Assembly (NCBI GenBank): GCA_002269645.1
Contig: NIVC01000075.1
Location: 124,001-188,000 of the forward strand
DNA length: 64,000 nt
From: Macrostomum lignano
Taxonomy: Eukaryota
Direction of reading: 5' to 3'
Shown in pieces: positions 58,704 to 64,000 of the stretch. How positions within the stretch are numbered: position 1 is the first letter of the stretch; every line of letters begins with the position of its first letter. A program made the position numbers and the translations under genes. A model generated the notes under the pieces. That model saw only the letters and a list, made by a program, of their open reading frames with translations, had not been told where the DNA came from and did no database searches.

Positions 58704-59739
58704 CTATGAGCACGGCACACTTATCGCATTTATAAAATAAATCAAAGGCGCACGGGGAGGGCCATAAACAAAGAAGTACAAAGTACAAGTACACAACACT
58801 GAATAGTCAGGGCTCATAGAGGTGGGATATGTGAAATTCTGAGTCTTTAGTCTCATAGAGAATCGCTGACATACCAAAACTTAACGTGCTGATTGCTGAA
58901 CTTTTTTGGCTCATGGAAGAATGACTAAACTGCTGTGACTTTCAGCAGGTTTAGAGTTAGTGCTTAGGATAGGGGTATTAGGCTCAGGGTTAGGGTTCAA
59001 CCTTAAGAGAATCACCCTGCTAATCATTAAATGTTTATAGAGGAATCGCTCTATAATCATAGATACTCATAGGCTCATGAAGGAAATCGCTTGAACTCTG
59101 CGGCTTAGGGGAATTGTTCACATGCTGAGGCTCATGGAAGGATTGCTGATATCCTAAACCCCCCTCGAACCACCCCCCCCCCCCGGAAAGCTAGCCCCCT
59201 AATTGTATTGGTTCGTGAGAAGATCGCTGAAATGCCAAAGCTCATTGGGGAGTGGCTTAAATCCTTTGGCTCATGGGGGTTTCACAGATGCTTTGAGCCA
59301 AAGCTCATAGGGGATCTGATATCTTAGTCTGGACAGTTGTCTTAATAACTTAATGATTGAAGGCTTTAAAAATTAATGTGGGGCGCAGATTTCTAGTTCA
59401 GTGCTAAATTTACCCCTTCATTGGAGCAAAGGAGAGTTGTCTTATATATTTATAAGTCCACTACAAACAGGTGTCCTTGGTGTGAAATAATAACTCACTT
59501 CATACTGCTTTAAACTTTTCATACGCATTTTAAAGCAGTATAGAAATAAGACATATAAAGTGGCTCGCTGGTTCACGTCAAATTGGCTGTCGACTACTGT
59601 GCCATAAAGAGTGACACCGTGGTATTTAATATTTTTACATGTATATGATTTGTATACTTTTCAGCCAACCATTGGTGCTAATATCTTCTATCTAATTTAA
59701 AGAACAAACTAAAAATTAGATCTTAACAAAGAGGCTCAC

Positions 59740-60250
59740 AAATCTAAGTCGTCCGGGTCGCCGACTCCTACCGCATACAGCGTAACATTGTCGTTTTTTA
59801 TATCCGACACTGCTTGAAACAGTACTTTGGCGTCGTTGCTCCCACCATCCGTGATGATAACGACGGCTTTGAAAACGTTTCTTCGGCCTTTTGAGTTAAA
59901 AAGCTTCTTGACTTCTTTGAGGGCGGAACCAGTGTTCGTGCCCCGAAACTCATACTTATCTAAAGTCTTGCTTTCGTCAACCTTTCTTATAATTTCGAAG
60001 ACGTCGAACTCATCGCCAAGGTTTACAAGCATTTCTAGCAGATCCCTCACATGCGTTTTTGATCCTGAGTAAGACAAATAGCCATTGAAGGATAGCACGC
60101 CAATCCGAACATTTCTCTCTCCAATGTTTAGCGACCGGATTATTGCCTTCGCTGAGTCCACAACAGTGCTGTAGTGACTAAGAATGCTACCAGATTTATC
60201 CAGCATTATCACCACATCTGCGACTTGATCTTTGCACTCGCTTGCTCTGA
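59740..60250 (-). CDS. vWA domain exon
   Basis: ttttccag|TC. ADVVIMLDKSGS (MIDAS DxSxS), GTNTGSAL, VVIITDG, LYAVGVG. Donor TT|gtgagc, phase 2. Confidence 0.92.
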
Positions 60251-60272
60251 CTGGAAAATAGACATCCTTGCA

Positions 60273-61198
60273 GACTGACTGACTGACTGACTGACTGACT
60301 GACTGACTGACTGACTGACTGACTGACTGACTGACTGACTGACTGACTGACTGACTGACTGACTGACTGACTGACTGACTGACTGACTTGAGTGAGTGAG
60401 TGACTGACTGACTGACTGACTGACTGACTGACTGACTGACTGACTGACTGACTGACTGACTGACTGACTGACTGACTGACTGACTGACTGACTGACTGAC
60501 TGACTGACTGACTGACTGACTGACTGACTGACTGACTGACTGACTGACTGACTGACTGAGTGACTGACTGACTGACTGACTGACTGACTGACTGACTGAC
60601 TGACTGACTGACTGACTTGAGTGAGTGACTGACTGACTGACTGACTGACTGACTGACTGACTGACTGACTGACTGACTGACTGACTGACTGACTGACTGA
60701 CTGACTGACTGACTGACTGACTGACTGACTGACTGACTGACTGACTGACTGACTGACTGACTGACTGACTGACTGACTGACTGACTGACTGACTGACTGA
60801 CCTGAGTGAGTGAGTGAGTGAGTGACTGACTGACTGACTGACTGACTGACTGACTGACTGACTGACTGACTGACTGACTGACTGACTGACTGACTGACTG
60901 ACTGACTGACTGACTGACTGACTGACTGACTGACTGACTGAGTGACTGACTGACTGACTGACTGACTGACTGACTGACTGACTGACTGACTGACTGACTT
61001 GAGTGAGTGACTGACTGACTGACTGACTGACTGACTGACTGACTGACTGACTGACTGACTGACTGACTGACTGACTGACTGACTGACTGACTGACTGACT
61101 GACTGACTGACTGACTGACTGACTGACTGACTGACTGACTGACTGACTGACTGACTGACTGGCTAATTGACGAATGAGTGACTGACTGGCTGACTGAC
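60273..61198. repeat. (GACT)n microsatellite, ~925 bp, filling a vWA-gene intron
   Basis: Direct; produces the SQSV ORF. Confidence 0.98.
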
Positions 61199-61375
61199 TG
61201 GCATTAGTTGGAAGAACAGGAAACTCACAGCAATTCACTTTGTGCTTCTCCTCATATGTCACGCACGACTGTTTCTTTCGGTCGAGAAACTGCAGCGTCT
61301 CAACGATTTCCGAATTGCCGTCAGCTTGGCATGAGCCAATGCTTCGCTCCATCTTGTAGCAGGAATGTTTCTCGG
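61199..61375 (-). CDS. vWA/Cys-rich extracellular protein, Cys-containing exon upstream of the vWA domain
   Basis: acttgcag|CC (phase 1). EKHSCYKMERSIGSCQ..SCVTYEEKHKVNCCEFPVLPTNA. Donor A|gtcagt, phase 1. Confidence 0.65.
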
Positions 61376-62584
61376 CTGCAAGTGTTTGCTGGTGTACTTT
61401 ACTCCAGTGTTGCCTTATTGTATATAAATTGATTATATATATGACTTTATTTGAACATCAATGATTGTAAATAGATGAAAGTGAAAGTAGATATGCAATT
61501 AGTGGTTTGGTATGGTATAGTTGAGGTAGGTGCGCTGTGTGGGTGGGAACACCGCAAGATTAGGGTGGGGGCGTGAATTTAGGGGCACCGTGAGGGCAGC
61601 GGTACTGTGTGGGCTGTCACAGGTCGCTGTGGTGTTTTAAAAGTACTGTACGCTAGTACTGTACTGTACGCTCTATCTTGCTGCAGGACTGCTTCTCGAC
61701 TGGAAACGGCAAATGTTTAGATAATGTTTTTACCTGGTTTTGGAGCAGTCTTAGTGAAGAATGAATTTCGTTGTGAGCTTACTGGAAGCATTACGAGCGT
61801 AGTGCAATTTAAAGAGTTACAAGTAATATCAGGTGTTGCATATCATAGCAACGTGTTTCTCGGGATTATTCGCAGATCAAGAATATTCGCTAGGACATCA
61901 GCCTAACGCTGTAAACTTTACATTCGCTACATCTCGCCGTAGTTTAGGGCCAAATGAGTTTCAACTCATTACTACACTACTGTACGCTCGAGTTCTATGT
62001 TTTATCCCGAGGTAAAAAAAAACACATGCATGCTGCTTTCTGTTCTGGACTGACCTGACCCCGTAGCTTTCTTCTCTCATCCCACCTTGAAAAGCAATGT
62101 TTTACTAGTGATTTATAACCAGTGGTCGACTGTTAAGAGCTTCTAAATAGCAGCTACGCAAAATAAGCACGTTACCGTAAAATTTTAACCAGTGCTTCTT
62201 TAAATTGAGTTTCATCAGACCACAGGTGTCCAATTGCTAGTGGGACAAATTAGCTCGTGGCTAAGAATAAACTAACACTTAAGATTGTAACAAAGTGCCA
62301 CTGGACTGATCTGAGGTTGCTTGAGGGTGTAGGGTTGCGTGGGAACGTTGACTTTGCTTAAGTAGCTAGTATATGCACATCATTAATTGTTCTTCCTCGC
62401 GTGTACGTGTATCGTGTGTACTAATGTACGTCGTGCCTATTAAATATATATACGCGTGCGCTAACTAGCAGTCGCTCAAGTTTTTCTCGAGAAGTTCTAA
62501 CTTACTCAACCAGTGGAGTCCGCGTGAGTTATTACAGAGATAAAGTTTACAACAGGCGGACAGTAAAAGTTGTAATCGATCGAT

Positions 62585-63048
62585 GGTGAACCTAGGCAAG
62601 GGCCAAACTGGAGGGCCAGGAGAGCGCCAAAGTGGAAAGTCGGGAGATGGTGAACCTAGGCAAGTGCCAAACTGGAGGGCCAGGAGAGCGCCAAAGTGGA
62701 AAGTCGGGAGAGGGTGAACCTAGGCAAGGGCCAAACTGGAGGGCCAGGAGAGCGCCAAAGTGGAAAGTCGGGAGATGGTGAACCTAGGCAAGGGCCAAAC
62801 TGGAGGGCCAGGAGAGCGCCAAAGTGGAAAGTCGGGAGATGGTGAACCTAGGCAAGGGCCAAACTGGAGGGCCAGGAGAGCGCCAAAGTGGAATATCGGG
62901 AGATGGTGAACCTAGGCAATGGCCAAACTGGAGGGCCAGGAGAGCGCCAAAGTGGAAAGTCGGGAGATGGTGAACCTAGGCAAGGGCCAAACTGGAGGGC
63001 CAGGAGAGCTCGCCAAAGTGGAAAGTCGGGAGAGGGTGAACCTAGACA
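62585..63048. repeat. 64-bp tandem repeat, about 7 copies
   Basis: GGTGAACCTAGGCAAGGGCCAAACTGGAGGGCCAGGAGAGCGCCAAAGTGGAAAGTCGGGAGAT starts at 62585, 62649 and onward. Confidence 0.96.
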
Positions 63049-64000
63049 AGGGCTGTCGCCCACCAAGGCCATTAGGCCATAAGTTTCGGTACAGCGCTCG
63101 GGAAGAGATTCTCGCGCGTTCAGCCAGTCGGAACAGTAAACGTGCTTATTTGTAGCTGATTCAGTGGATAGATGACATTCTGATGTTACAACCACGCAGC
63201 GTGCTCAGCGGGTACGATCCGGGAAGAGAGTACACAAGGCACACGGAGCTCGGCCTTCAGCACCTCTATCTCGCAACTCTTTAGCGGGTTTTCACCTACC
63301 AGTACCGCGCCAACGCTGTCACAGGACACTTTGGTGCTAACAGTACCTAAAAATAGCTGTTTATACTTCGTTGCATCAAAAGAGCAAGCGGCTGTTACGA
63401 AGCAGTGTCCAGTTTTTAAAGCTGCCCCGACCCGGAATTTCGTTCACATAGTTTCACAGTTAACTCGGACAATCTAGTTGATCAAACGATATTGGGCCAG
63501 AGTCACTTCCAGGCCTAGATGATACCTCGGCTTAGGGGCACTCTGTTCTGGCCTCATCCTTGCCTCTAGGGTCCTTGCCTATCCAGTCATTCTTTCCATA
63601 AAAATCTGTTGACAATAGCTCGTATCACCACAAGAAGTACTTTTGTGGGCAAACGCGTCTTCAAAATTGCACTGTAATATACGTGAACCGCAATAAATTA
63701 ACTAATAGACCAACTAAATGACAAGACAGTTAATGGTCCGCCTTTATTAGTAGTGCCTCGTGTGCTGGTTTACTTTCTACTTCAAGTACATGTTAAACTA
63801 CTCATATTTGCAATTTACGCTCGTACAAGTATACTGGGAATTTTATGCAAATCAGAAAACTTTTCATTTTTTCCAACCCTAAGGCCCAAGAAGTCTTTGC
63901 GTTTGAGTAAAAATTGAGCCCTCAGAGAGAAAGAAATCAGCAAATGGAGTAACTCACCGCAAGACTGAAATGATCGAGCAATCTGCTGTCTGCAGACTTC

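Noticed and set aside
58980-59000. Telomeric repeat (TTAGGG)
   Set aside because: Only one or two units; not an array.
59736-61352. 538-aa ORF as a serine-rich adhesin fused to vWA
   Set aside because: The SQSV part is a (GACT)n microsatellite bounded by phase-matched splice sites. It is treated as an intron, with retention kept as a hypothesis.

Overview
Eukaryotic (animal) genomic DNA with many introns and very many satellites. The gene content and repeat style suggest a free-living flatworm such as Macrostomum, but that is inference only. Exons were assembled by hand from GT-AG sites, codon phase and family motifs. Seven host genes are supported: (1) the 3' part of an Islet LIM-homeobox gene (+); (2) a RING/TRAF-zinc-finger protein with a CHORD/REXO1-like C-terminal Zn module (-); (3) a PKA regulatory subunit with an RII-type docking domain (-); (4) RCL1 (-); (5) a ~1214-aa B-box/coiled-coil/Tudor protein with long low-complexity tails (-); (6) an insulin-like prepropeptide (-); (7) a vWA plus Cys-rich extracellular protein whose 5' end is not resolved (-). 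Mobile DNA comprises a full-length, recently inserted but mutated Ty3/Gypsy (Mag-like) LTR element inside a satellite, two tRNA-derived CORE-like SINE copies, two MITE-like elements and a LINE 3' remnant. About 25 tandem arrays explain nearly all of the long ORFs in the track. The most notable oddities are: an insulin A-chain with a TGA at the conserved Tyr-Cys position; an RII subunit with a pseudosubstrate Ala where RII normally has a phospho-Ser; and introns filled by in-frame or motif-rich microsatellites. Repeat boundaries are approximate (about 10-20 nt).
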